A stretch of 20,000 nucleotides of DNA. It comes from an uncultured virus (IMG/VR IMGVR_UViG_2663763407_000004) (taxonomy: Duplodnaviria > Heunggongvirae > Uroviricota > Caudoviricetes). Both the position numbers and the translations under genes were made by a program. The stretch spans positions 45,908 to 65,907 of the IMG/VR virus record IMGVR_UViG_2663763407_000004; one strand, written 5' to 3'. Below the pieces are notes generated by a model. It made no database searches, had not been told where the DNA came from, and saw only the letters and a program-made list of their open reading frames with translations. Below, piece after piece: positions 1 through 8,719 of the stretch. Numbering within the stretch: position 1 is the first letter of the stretch; each line of letters opens with the position of its first letter.

Positions 1-796
1 CTAACTGAATTCTCTCAATTAAAACATCACCGGCATTCGACTCTTCTACATATAGCCAGTGCATGCATTCTTTAACTAACGGCACATATTGCGCAGCCCA
101 CTCCCCGGGAGGTATCTCAGCCCCTATGATGCCCATGGATTTGCGCAGATGTTCCATTGTTGGCGGTATACGGCCACCACCACCGCATTCGTTACATGTT
201 TCTGGATGAGGTCGCAGAGTTTTACCGGCACCGTGACAACGTGGACATACCTGCGTTATAGATGCCTGCTGCTTAGCCCATGCCCGCAATGCGCCACGCT
301 CTGTTTTGATTTTGGACTGAAGGGTTTTTATTTCGTCTGCCAGTAATGCGATAGTGCCATCATCAAGTGCCTGGGCTTTATCTCTTTCCAGTAATTTGAT
401 TTGCTGCTGTAGCCCATCAACGACTTTTCTGGTCATTCCAGTACGGGAGCCGTAACGCCGCAGTAAAGTTGCAATTTGCTCTACCTGCGCCGGGAGATTT
501 CTATCCAATACCATATTCAGCGCTAACTGGCAGGCAGCAATGGCTCGAGGTGGATGTGGTCGCTTATGCAGCCACACACTAATTGCGGCCCGTAAGCGTT
601 GCTCTGCTTTGCAGTCATTGCGGTATTTGGTCATCAAAATATCGAATCCGACAGGGTGTATATGCTGGCACGTAGCAAAGGTACCTAATATCTGGTCTTT
701 GGTCAAAACTGCACGGCCTCGGCCAATGTTCAGCGATTCAATGCTGACGCAGCGCGGATCGTGCATTTTGATAAGTTGTTCAATAGCAGTGGTCAT
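1..796 (-). CDS. Late antitermination protein Q-like with zinc finger (3' end outside window; absent from the ORF track)
   Basis: Manual translation from ATG at 796 (MTTAIEQLIKMHDPRCVSIESLNIGRG...CPRCHGAGKTLRPHPETCNECGGGGR...) stays open to the edge. Two CxxCxGxG motifs, SD AGGA, and position at the end of the nin region. Confidence 0.8.
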   Translation of the reverse strand, partial: MTTAIEQLIKMHDPRCVSIESLNIGRGRAVLTKDQILGTFATCQHIHPVGFDILMTKYRNDCKAEQRLRAAISVWLHKRPHPPRAIAACQLALNMVLDRNLPAQVEQIATLLRRYGSRTGMTRKVVDGLQQQIKLLERDKAQALDDGTIALLADEIKTLQSKIKTERGALRAWAKQQASITQVCPRCHGAGKTLRPHPETCNECGGGGRIPPTMEHLRKSMGIIGAEIPPGEWAAQYVPLVKECMHWLYVEESNAGDVLIERIQL

Positions 797-827
797 TGGT
801 CAGTCCTGTGTTTGGCGGTCAGGACTG

Positions 828-855
828 ATTGTATAGCTCATACTATGAATCGCAA
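828..855 (-). promoter_or_regulatory. Putative sigma70 promoter upstream of Q
   Basis: TTGCGA-16 bp-TACAAT on the minus strand. Confidence 0.4.
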
Positions 856-968
856 CAATGATTAGAGTCATTTTGAGCAGTCAATGCCTATCCATTGCTC
901 TTTTTTCAAAAAAATAACGATACCTATTATCTATAATAAGCACAAAATCACATTTGTTATACAACCAA

Positions 969-1949
969 TCATTTACTCTTATTGAATAGATTATCCCTAT
1001 GCCACTTAAGATATTTCATTGATCTATTATTAATTTTTATTTTTATATCTGTTTTTATATTGAGTTCTTCTATTATTTCACTAATTAATGGCTCGTCTCC
1101 GATAAGCATTTCCCCCTGATCGGAAAAACTAATAAAACCCTTATCGAACAATACATCCACATGCGCGGCCAGCATCAAACCATTATATCGATCTAATCTC
1201 TCTTTATCAGAGCTTTCTCGCCACGGTTTTATGTGACTAGCACGGATCATTTCAGGCATACCTATGCCGGTAACTGGGCATTTGGGGTAGAGTTCTATTA
1301 ATTTTTTTCTAAAACCACCTTGACCTACACGTGCATCAACTAAAAGTTTCTTGGTAGTTTCAGGAATATTATTTGAGTCAAGAACCTCTTGCACATCCTG
1401 ATAAATATCATCGACTCCCAATGATTCAGCTAATTGCGATTCCCTTACTGACATTGAAATCTTATCAGATATTTTTAATATATTCTTGCTTTCACTCAAT
1501 TTGAGCAAAAGCATACCGAGCTCTTCACTCAGTTTCGTTAAATAGAACTTTTGATTTCCGCCTCCGTCAGTACGAATTGGCGAGTATTTATTTTCAAGAA
1601 GCGGCGAGATTTCTTTTATTTTATCTTTAGGTTTGAATGGAGTCAGTGGATAACTGAAGTCCACGTTAACTTTTTGAAGTGGTTTTTCAAATCCATTTAA
1701 ATCTGGAGATCTTACAACTTGATACGATGTAGAGGTAGCAACACCTAGAGCACCAATCTCTTGTTTGGCGAATGAAAAAATTATATCACCAAGTTTCACG
1801 TCCCGGATATTTGTATAAGTTTGATTATTAGAACCATCCTTATTGGTATAAGGGCAGCGTAAAAAACCACCACTTCGTTCAGTTTTATATAGCTTATTAT
1901 GATTTACCCAGAAAAATTGCCGTGCCGATGTATCACTCTTCATAATCAT
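969..1949 (-). CDS. HNH endonuclease with N-terminal EVE/PUA-like domain; putative restriction/anti-phage nuclease
   Basis: C-terminal RVGQGGFR...CPVTG...ASHIKPW...NGLML...HVDVLFDKGFISF...WHR is an HNH_2 pattern. N-terminus FFWVNH...DVKLGDIIFSF. AT-rich relative to neighbours. Confidence 0.85.
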   Translation of the reverse strand: MIMKSDTSARQFFWVNHNKLYKTERSGGFLRCPYTNKDGSNNQTYTNIRDVKLGDIIFSFAKQEIGALGVATSTSYQVVRSPDLNGFEKPLQKVNVDFSYPLTPFKPKDKIKEISPLLENKYSPIRTDGGGNQKFYLTKLSEELGMLLLKLSESKNILKISDKISMSVRESQLAESLGVDDIYQDVQEVLDSNNIPETTKKLLVDARVGQGGFRKKLIELYPKCPVTGIGMPEMIRASHIKPWRESSDKERLDRYNGLMLAAHVDVLFDKGFISFSDQGEMLIGDEPLISEIIEELNIKTDIKIKINNRSMKYLKWHRDNLFNKSK

Positions 1950-2147
1950 CTCATAACATTATAACTTTCAGACAAAGTTACAACCGAAACAATTACATAT
2001 CAACTAATGTATCTACTTATTAGGAGTTCGTGACCAAAATCACAGAACAATGATAACACATAGTTATTATAATGGATTAGCTCGAGTTTGGGTATAAATA
2101 TAAAGAACTATTAAAAATGGTATTAATCCTCAATTTTTACTACTAAT

Positions 2148-2585
2148 TTAGGATAAGTAGCACCTTATCTCTGCTTTGGCATGTTCAAATCCATGGCAAA
2201 CTTTAGCCACATATTTGGCATCAGTTAGTCGATATATCCACCCTAGTTGCATTTTAGTGACCTTTCCGTTTTCCGCTTTCATCTCAATCCACAATCCCGC
2301 ATAACCACCGCGCGGCAGCGCCAGAAACAAATCTGGCACACCTTTCCGCAATCCAAGCCGCTTAGCATCCCTTGCTGCCTTTGGCCCGCGCTTCCCCTCA
2401 TTGGGGATATGTATCAGATAATCCCCGATACAAATACCATCGATAACGGTTTTATCTGCCCACGCAATAAGCGCGGCCTGTTCCTCGGTTTCCGCCTGGT
2501 GGTTAACTTTACGAACTTTCCCGTTACGCACTTCCAGCTTTGCTGCTGTTCCGATGATGCCAATGGCATCTATGCTATTAAGCAA
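2148..2585 (-). CDS. VRR-NUC domain nuclease (resolvase-like)
   Basis: EQAALIAW...HIPNEG...GLRKGVPDLFL...LWIEMK PD-(D/E)xK pattern. Confidence 0.88.
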   Translation of the reverse strand: MLNSIDAIGIIGTAAKLEVRNGKVRKVNHQAETEEQAALIAWADKTVIDGICIGDYLIHIPNEGKRGPKAARDAKRLGLRKGVPDLFLALPRGGYAGLWIEMKAENGKVTKMQLGWIYRLTDAKYVAKVCHGFEHAKAEIRCYLS

Positions 2586-2907
2586 ACTGGCCCCCTTTAG
2601 CGATTACCAGCGATTCCTCAAGCCAAACCCTAAGAGTTGCATGCAATGCCTGTAATATCGTTTCCTCAAGCTCTCCGGGCTGCCAGTCATATGGTACCCG
2701 CCCATCAATAACATCATGGCAGCAGTTGCACCCAAATACGGCCCAGTAGTCATCTGACTTATACCCCATGCCGTGGGTTGAACTGGGTAAATGGCACAGT
2801 ACCGTTGTTTCTGGGTTACTGTTACAGATACCGGAGATCTGGAGCGTACAGCATTGGCCCCGCGCAGAATCGCGCAGGGCTTTACTTCTAAATGCCGGAG
2901 ATTTCAT
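2578..2907 (-). CDS. DUF1364/YbcO-like phage nuclease-fold protein
   Basis: LRDSARGQCCTLQISGICN..ETTVLCHL..GMGYKSDD..GCNCCHDVIDGR. Start placed at ATG 2907, just after the upstream stop. Confidence 0.8.
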   Translation of the reverse strand: MKSPAFRSKALRDSARGQCCTLQISGICNSNPETTVLCHLPSSTHGMGYKSDDYWAVFGCNCCHDVIDGRVPYDWQPGELEETILQALHATLRVWLEESLVIAKGGQFA

Positions 2908-2908
2908 A

Positions 2909-3556
2909 TCAATACTCCAGCAGCCGGTTAACTGCCTGTTCCATTTCATACTCGTTATCAAAGTGCTGGCCTAATGTCTCATTCCAGATAACACCGGCCA
3001 CGCCTTTATAAATACGGTCAAAAGCCCCCTGATCCATATTCACGAATGCGATACTCCAACGCTGTTTCAATGTGCCACCCTCTGGGTTTGGCATCAGGTC
3101 ATAGAATCCGGCTTTGATCATGACGTGGTTGAAGTAGGCTGCATCAGTCTTTACAGCCTCCCCATCAAACCTCTTCTGGCGCTGCCGGATTACCCTATCT
3201 AATACTGCTTGAGCAATAGACTTTGTAACATTCTCATAGAGTTCAGGATCTCCAGCGGCACTACCCACAGCTTTAGCCACCTCATGGGCTATCCATTCCT
3301 CTGGCGCACTAACAAAGGTCCAATCCGGTACCCAATATGAGAAACCCAGCTCCAACAATTTCCAGAATTTACGGTGATGCTTCAGGTTGCGCCGGTCGCC
3401 AATTGGACTCATTGAGATTGGTGTGCCCGCAGGCACCCCTTTCATCGTTTCGCGATCATGATCAGTGGCGTACTTGATTCCACCACCAGGTAACAGGACG
3501 CCCAGCACCTCAGTCTTTTTCTTTCTCGGGGACTTAGTTCGCTGAGTTGTTGTCAT
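2909..3556 (-). CDS. DUF1367-like nin-region protein
   Basis: RNLKHHRKFWKLLELGFSYW...AGFYD...SIAFVNMDQ..F..IYK pattern; coupled to its neighbours. Confidence 0.7.
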   Translation of the reverse strand: MTTTQRTKSPRKKKTEVLGVLLPGGGIKYATDHDRETMKGVPAGTPISMSPIGDRRNLKHHRKFWKLLELGFSYWVPDWTFVSAPEEWIAHEVAKAVGSAAGDPELYENVTKSIAQAVLDRVIRQRQKRFDGEAVKTDAAYFNHVMIKAGFYDLMPNPEGGTLKQRWSIAFVNMDQGAFDRIYKGVAGVIWNETLGQHFDNEYEMEQAVNRLLEY

Positions 3557-4218
3557 ACGGCCCCCATTAAGGACAGCCGCTCGGCCTCTCTACGGATCTG
3601 GGCTAAAAATGCTTCGCCAGTGGCAAGTAACTGCTCACGGCTGATATAGCTAATGGCTGGGCCACGCCATTCCTTATCGAAAATGGCAATAGCCGCACCA
3701 AACCCAGCATTACAGGCCACCTGAGTGCTATCTTCGGGACGGAACCATGCAGGTACTTCAAAACCAATTCTGCCGCGAATGAAAGCGATATGGTCAGCTT
3801 CTTCAGGCCACCACACCTCTGACGTGGCCGCTTTGGTCAAATAGACATAGCGACCTCCGCGCTGCCGCATTTCGGAGGTATAAGCCATGATGTGCCGCAT
3901 ACCAGTGATATATTGCCCTTCATGCTTCTTCGCCGTGCTGTAGGGAGGATTGGCGAAAGCGGCACCATTCAACTCGGTCAGTTTCGCTGCCCAATCTTGA
4001 GTGAGCGCATTATCTTCCGCAGTGTAATAAGCGGGTGTTTTTGCATTATCACCATCACTGAACAGATCCAGGACTAACGGGCCAAACATCGCATTGATAC
4101 CCCAGAACAGAGCATCTGGCGTGCGCCACTGATCACCAATCAATTTCAACTTATGCGTTGGGGCGGATTTGAGAGCTGCCAGATCATGAACATATTGGGT
4201 ATTGGAGAAATCAATCAT
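3553..4218 (-). CDS. Phage DNA N6-adenine methyltransferase (Dam-phage family), orphan
   Basis: DQWRTP, LDLF, NPPYS catalytic motif, IAFIRGRIGF. Start at ATG 4218 overlaps the upstream stop. Confidence 0.9.
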   Translation of the reverse strand: MIDFSNTQYVHDLAALKSAPTHKLKLIGDQWRTPDALFWGINAMFGPLVLDLFSDGDNAKTPAYYTAEDNALTQDWAAKLTELNGAAFANPPYSTAKKHEGQYITGMRHIMAYTSEMRQRGGRYVYLTKAATSEVWWPEEADHIAFIRGRIGFEVPAWFRPEDSTQVACNAGFGAAIAIFDKEWRGPAISYISREQLLATGEAFLAQIRREAERLSLMGAV

Positions 4219-4567
4219 GCAATGGCTCCCCATGACCAGAATTTGGAACCAGGCGATAAAACCAAACACGCTTACCGCTATCCTCATTGCGGACAGTTCT
4301 AACCTGTTTCACCAGCCCATGACGGACAGGATTAATTTCACGCAGGCGTGCGCTTATAGCGGTCTGGGTATCACCTTCACCGGGGAACATCTGGGATAAT
4401 AATTTTTCGAGATCGCGCAGGGTCCGCCAGTCAGCACCACTGGCGGCACTGATCACGCGGTTTAACTGGCTGTTTGCATCACTTAACCGACCAGCCAGAC
4501 GCATAGATCTTATATCGTTGTTAATACCAACCCTTTCGGCGTTGGGTACGTGTGGCTTGATCACCAT
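4211..4567 (-). CDS. Hypothetical phage protein, possible winged helix
   Basis: Coupled ORF; WRTLRDL...TAISARLRE...VWFYRL. Confidence 0.7.
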   Translation of the reverse strand: MVIKPHVPNAERVGINNDIRSMRLAGRLSDANSQLNRVISAASGADWRTLRDLEKLLSQMFPGEGDTQTAISARLREINPVRHGLVKQVRTVRNEDSGKRVWFYRLVPNSGHGEPLHD

Positions 4568-5703
4568 TACGCGCCCTCCCCGACCAGCACTTGGCGGGTT
4601 CCGTCTGGCGTTGGTTGTGACACAATGCCTTCAACCTGCATTCTTTCTAGCAGCCAGGCAGCACGGTTATAACCAATGCGGAGTTCACGCTGTAGCCCAG
4701 AGATTGAAGCTTTACCTTTTGCCTTGATGAACACCACTGCTTCAGGGTAGCGATCATCATCGTCCCGTTCTGCACCGTCCAAGTCTACCCATGAACTACT
4801 GGTTGCCTCTCCGCCTAATGCGGTAACCAAATCCGCAATCAAGGCAGCTAATTCACCCGTCATCAGAATGAAATCGGCATCAAATCGCTGGGCATAATCC
4901 TCGCGATCGATATCGTCGTTTTGCTCCAGAAGCGTGGCACTGTATTTAACTCTCTTCAGGCTGCCATCGTCGGACAACATGAAACTGATACGTTCTCGCC
5001 ACTCCAAAGCCAACTTGGTAACCAGTTTACCGGCGGCGATATGCCCACGGATCTCGTCACTGACTAAATCCTGATGTTTACTGCGCAGAATGCCACCCTG
5101 TTCCAACACAGCCTTTAACTCAGCTTCTTCCTGAAGCACAAACCCAGCAGGCGCTGCACCTGAGCGCAACCATTCGGTCAGCGTCAGTTCGATTGGGGTA
5201 TCAAGTGTCATAGGGATAACAGGCAGTGAACCCATGGTTTTGCGCAATAATGACAATGCATTTTCAGCTTTCCGCGCGCTAGCGGCATCGATGATGATTA
5301 ACCCAGCCCCTGCGTTAATCCAGATGGATGTTGTAGAGTATTTGCTAAAGGCCCGTGGCAGCAGAGTCTGGATAACTTCATCTTTCAGCGAGTCTTTTTC
5401 TGTTTTTTTCAGTTTACGGTGTTGCTCTTGTTCCAAGCGTTCAGCTTTACTCGCCAGCTCACGGGCGATAACCGGCGCAGGTAAATCCTTTTTTTCACAC
5501 TGCAATGTGATCAGGATTTGCTTGTTAGCCACATGCGCTAGCGTGGCGCTTTCGTTACCCATTGGCGATATCCAACCAGTTTTCGCCATATCCTGGCTAC
5601 CACACGGTGTAAATGCGAATTGCGCCATTTGCTCTTCCAGATTGGCGAAAGATACATCGCGGGATAGTTTGTAAATCAACACGTTCTTGAAATTAATGCT
5701 CAT
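4567..5703 (-). CDS. rdgC: Recombination-associated protein RdgC with C-terminal FtsK-gamma domain
   Basis: [45 protein letters not shown] matches RdgC. The tail [46 protein letters not shown] matches FtsK-gamma. Confidence 0.92.
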   Translation of the reverse strand: MSINFKNVLIYKLSRDVSFANLEEQMAQFAFTPCGSQDMAKTGWISPMGNESATLAHVANKQILITLQCEKKDLPAPVIARELASKAERLEQEQHRKLKKTEKDSLKDEVIQTLLPRAFSKYSTTSIWINAGAGLIIIDAASARKAENALSLLRKTMGSLPVIPMTLDTPIELTLTEWLRSGAAPAGFVLQEEAELKAVLEQGGILRSKHQDLVSDEIRGHIAAGKLVTKLALEWRERISFMLSDDGSLKRVKYSATLLEQNDDIDREDYAQRFDADFILMTGELAALIADLVTALGGEATSSSWVDLDGAERDDDDRYPEAVVFIKAKGKASISGLQRELRIGYNRAAWLLERMQVEGIVSQPTPDGTRQVLVGEGA

Positions 5704-5706
5704 TGG

Positions 5707-6480
5707 TCAGTCCTCAGTAATTTGATTATTATGCAAACCGTGGTCGGCGGCCTGCTGCAATGACTCTCGGTGTTTACTGTCCAGAGACTCTTGTAACCTG
5801 ATACTTTCATCGCACCATCTTCTTGCCCTTTCCTCCTGATCCTGTTTAATTTTGTCTTTCAACTCGTCTAAAAAATGACGGATTTTTGTTGGTACCCCAT
5901 TACCCAACTTGCCCTTATCTGATAACAACAACTGATATTTCTCAGCTTTAGGTTTGGGCAATAGTCCTGTTGTTACCGCCTGTTCAACCGTGCGTTTTAC
6001 CGTTTCTTTGTCCCATCCCTCCGACACTGACCACTCCGGTGATCGCCCTGTCCCCTGTGCTGCCTTAGTCAATCGCTCATAGGCCGCAATGAAAGCCATA
6101 CGCGCACCTACCTTGTCGCCTTCCTGCATAATTGGCTGAGCAATATTCCATGCCTGAGCAATTTCATTCGTCCAGACCACGGTGTTAGCCTCATCTTGCG
6201 CGGGTAATGCCAATGCCCACGCCTCATTCGCTGAAAGCCAATCGGGCTTACCGGCAATATGTTGGATATTGCGGATAATATCGGCAGGCTTTGGCGAGAA
6301 ACGGCCCTGATCCGGATCGGTCAGCCAGTTACTGAATGCCTGGCGCACTGTGTCGATATCGTTGGGCAGCAACGCATTCCAATAGAGTTCCAGCACGGCT
6401 TTTGAAGCATCTTTGCCGTATATCGCCAGAGTGGCTTTCATGATTTCTGCAAATTCACGTTTATCATCTAAACCCTGCAT
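5707..6480 (-). CDS. Replication protein, helicase loader/inhibitor-like (lambda P position)
   Basis: Directly follows the initiator; YW..L...RFSPKPADII motif. Alternative GTG start at 6489. Confidence 0.6.
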   Translation of the reverse strand: MQGLDDKREFAEIMKATLAIYGKDASKAVLELYWNALLPNDIDTVRQAFSNWLTDPDQGRFSPKPADIIRNIQHIAGKPDWLSANEAWALALPAQDEANTVVWTNEIAQAWNIAQPIMQEGDKVGARMAFIAAYERLTKAAQGTGRSPEWSVSEGWDKETVKRTVEQAVTTGLLPKPKAEKYQLLLSDKGKLGNGVPTKIRHFLDELKDKIKQDQEERARRWCDESIRLQESLDSKHRESLQQAADHGLHNNQITED

Positions 6481-6482
6481 AC

Positions 6483-7328
6483 TCACCACCCATCATTGAC
6501 AAAATCATCCGCAACCCGCGCATTGTGTGCCTCCAGCGCTTCCTGACGACTCATGCCGGTGTTACCAGCGCACTGATTTTGTGGCCGACTACGATTCTGC
6601 AACCATTCAAATTTCAACCCCTGCCAACCGGCGGCCATGGCTTCAGACAACGCATCATCCACAGACCATCCAGCAGCAACCGCTTTACTCAACTCCTTAC
6701 CCAGCATGTTCACCACGGTCTGAGTCATTGGCGCTCGTTTTGCTTTTCGGTGTTTTAGGTAGTCATCCCAAATCTCAGAGCTAACAGCCATCGGAAAAGC
6801 TGAGAAGTCTATTGCCGAACTTTTAGCCGCCTTACGTGTGCGCTTCTCTGTAGTAATCTCTGTAGTAATCTCTGTATGATCGAAATGGGGAATCCCTTGC
6901 CCGCCAGTTAGGGAATCCCTTGCTGGCGGCTTGGGCTTTTCCTCGTTCGCCAATTGGGGTTTTCCCGTTTCCCGAAATGGGCTTTCCCCATTTGGGGATT
7001 TATCAATAGGTTGCGATAGCATTCCATCCAACCGGTCGGTATCAATCTGATAGTAAATACGGTGTTCTAACCGCTTATTTGTTTCTTTCAAAACCCCCGC
7101 TTGCTTGAGCTTTTTACGAGCTGTGAGTTGTTCCTCGTAGGTCAATCCTGTTTCAGATTCAATCTCTTCCGTAGTTTTAAAAATGCCAAACTCTGAAGTT
7201 TCTTTGCCAGTCCAATAGAAGAACTGGCAGAACAAAATGACTGCGTTTACGCTCCCAAGATATGGAACCAAGCCAGGGTAGTAAGCAATCGGCCGGCCAA
7301 ATTGGTATATGAGTTCAGATGGCGTCAT
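6483..7328 (-). CDS. Phage replication initiator (O-like)
   Basis: N-terminal wHTH-like region, iteron-bearing low-complexity middle (EITTEITT), and C-terminal WDDYLKHRKAKR...GWQG. Confidence 0.82.
   Translation of the reverse strand: MTPSELIYQFGRPIAYYPGLVPYLGSVNAVILFCQFFYWTGKETSEFGIFKTTEEIESETGLTYEEQLTARKKLKQAGVLKETNKRLEHRIYYQIDTDRLDGMLSQPIDKSPNGESPFRETGKPQLANEEKPKPPARDSLTGGQGIPHFDHTEITTEITTEKRTRKAAKSSAIDFSAFPMAVSSEIWDDYLKHRKAKRAPMTQTVVNMLGKELSKAVAAGWSVDDALSEAMAAGWQGLKFEWLQNRSRPQNQCAGNTGMSRQEALEAHNARVADDFVNDGW
6845..7000. repeat. Putative replication origin: 12-bp tandem repeat plus five GGG-N3/4-CC(C) iterons
   Basis: TCTCTGTAGTAA x2.7 at 6845-6876. GGGAATCCCTTGC at 6888 and 6911. Related copies at about 6933, 6956 and 6979, spaced 22-23 bp. 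Confidence 0.7.
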
Positions 7329-7336
7329 AGTTCCCC

Positions 7337-7516
7337 CTACGGCTGCTTTGCAACAGAGGGACTATGTTGGCGGGAATAAAATGCCTGGGTAATACCAGAC
7401 AAAGCCCCTGTGATAGCCATACGGCGGGCCTCCTGCCCGTCAATAGCCAGTTTTTTACCCACAATACTGGCAATCAATTCTACCGATTGTGTGGTCGTTG
7501 GCGTGATATTGGTCAT
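7337..7516 (-). CDS. Small hypothetical protein, 59 aa (not in ORF track)
   Basis: MTNITPTTTQSVELIASIVGKKLAIDGQEARRMAITGALSGITQAFYSRQHSPSVAKQP. SD AGGAG, ATGA overlap with the upstream gene, fills the gap before the initiator. Confidence 0.7.
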   Translation of the reverse strand: MTNITPTTTQSVELIASIVGKKLAIDGQEARRMAITGALSGITQAFYSRQHSPSVAKQP

Positions 7517-7875
7517 TGGGATTTCTCCTGGCTGATTGGAAGCTCAGGCAGCCACTCGGGTACCGGCAGCCCGGCGAGTTTTAATTCAGCATGGACGTGA
7601 GCCAGCATTTCTGGAGCTTCAGCAAACATCGCCAAAAAACCACGAATTGCGGCCACATTGGTTTCTACTGCAGGGTTTGAATCCAGCGCATTGGCGGTGC
7701 TTTTTATGGCCACTGCCTCGCTTTCTGTCCACCTGGTCTTAATCTGATCTTCACGCACGGTATGGAACGGTAAACCGTTCTTTCCCACCTTTTTCCGGGA
7801 TAGCAACTCCCGCCGGACGTCAGAGGCTATCGTAGCCCCTGCCGTTATAGCGGCAGGTTGATAAATTGTGGTCAT
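7513..7875 (-). CDS. Hypothetical protein at the cII position, possible DNA-binding regulator
   Basis: Preceded by the AGGACTGACCA SD motif; QIKTRWTESEAVAIK resembles a ribbon-helix-helix start. Confidence 0.65.
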   Translation of the reverse strand: MTTIYQPAAITAGATIASDVRRELLSRKKVGKNGLPFHTVREDQIKTRWTESEAVAIKSTANALDSNPAVETNVAAIRGFLAMFAEAPEMLAHVHAELKLAGLPVPEWLPELPISQEKSQ

Positions 7876-7960
7876 TGGTCAGTCCTTAAATATCTTGGGT
7901 GATTACACGCATGGACATAAACTGTTAATCGTTTCTTTTTTAGTCCGCCATGGAGGCGCA

Positions 7961-8266
7961 ATGTCCAGTGATAATTCCCTTAGTTACATTAGAGCCTTGG
8001 TCGATGTTGTCGCCATTACCGTGCTATCCGGTAGTGATGAACAACATAAGCTCCGCATCAAGCAAAGTCTGGATGCAATCATGAATCATCCGACATTGGA
8101 GATTTCACCTGAGGGTCAGGAATTATTTGCTCACTTTGCTGCCCTTCTGGATGGTTCAAGTACTGAGGTTTTCCTTTCAGCACGCATAAGCCAAGAAGAT
8201 CCAGATCCTGAAAAGTCACACTCTTCCCCTCATTTGCGTTTATTGAGAGGGGGCAAAGAGGAGTAG
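7961..8266 (+). CDS. Hypothetical protein antisense to the PR operon (101 aa)
   Basis: Strong SD GGAGG before ATG 7961; helical composition; tail HLRLLRGGKEE. Confidence 0.6.
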   Translation: MSSDNSLSYIRALVDVVAITVLSGSDEQHKLRIKQSLDAIMNHPTLEISPEGQELFAHFAALLDGSSTEVFLSARISQEDPDPEKSHSSPHLRLLRGGKEE

Positions 8267-8330
8267 CAGTTTTTTGTGTTTTACGCTTAGCTCTCCAGCT
8301 AGCGAGCCAACGCTTTGGGCTAATAGTCAT
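8079..8330 (-). CDS. Hypothetical protein immediately after cro
   Basis: Starts at an exact copy of AGGACTGACCAATG; overlaps the opposite-strand ORF. Confidence 0.45.
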   Translation of the reverse strand: MTISPKRWLASWRAKRKTQKTATPLCPLSINANEGKSVTFQDLDLLGLCVLKGKPQYLNHPEGQQSEQIIPDPQVKSPMSDDS

Positions 8331-8347
8331 TGGTCAGTCCTCTATCT

Positions 8348-8593
8348 TTACTGATGAGCTGGTTTGGTCAGAACCAGGCTGAGATTTTCCGGATTACGGC
8401 CATAGTCGGCCGGGTTATAGGTGTATGGGATGCAGGAAGATAAATGGCACAACAGGGCAATATCTTCAGGCACACCTTGTGAACGCCACTTACCAACAGC
8501 TTGCCCGGTTCGTGGCTTACCTTTTGCAGGAAAGCGGCGGCCAATTTCCGCATTGCTGCCAATTTCAGTTTTCAAAATTTCATATAGTTTCAT
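8348..8593 (-). CDS. cro: Cro-like repressor
   Basis: 81 aa, divergent from cI, SD GAGGAGG, HTH-like NAEIGRRF...TGQAVGKWR..GVP. Confidence 0.75.
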   Translation of the reverse strand: MKLYEILKTEIGSNAEIGRRFPAKGKPRTGQAVGKWRSQGVPEDIALLCHLSSCIPYTYNPADYGRNPENLSLVLTKPAHQ

Positions 8594-8609
8594 TGAAACC
8601 TCCTCGCTA

Positions 8610-8685
8610 AGCGTAACTAAAGTGTCGGGCTCACGCAAGAGAATAACGAAAACAAAGTTTCCAAAGATGGTGTTACTTTGGTGTC
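8610..8685 (-). promoter_or_regulatory. PR promoter and three OR operators
   Basis: TTGCGT-17-TACGCT (8638-8610). 14-bp sites GTAACTAAAGTGTC (8613), GAAAACAAAGTTTC (8648) and GTTACTTTGGTGTC (8672). Confidence 0.75.
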
Positions 8686-8719
8686 AGATTTTAGCTATAC
8701 ACAATATTTGGAGAATTTA

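Noticed and set aside
89..836. + strand ORFs 89-346 and 540-836
   Set aside because: Shadows of the minus-strand Q gene, which the track missed because it runs off the edge.
2029..2044. CRP-like site CGTGA-N6-TCACA upstream of the HNH gene
   Set aside because: Single match in AT-rich DNA with unconvincing spacing to the candidate -10.
969..4218. HNH nuclease plus MTase as a type II RM pair
   Set aside because: They are separated by three genes and differ in GC content; the MTase is a typical orphan phage Dam.
2247..7742. Multiple + strand ORFs opposite the PR operon
   Set aside because: Antisense shadows of well-supported genes, with no recognisable motifs.
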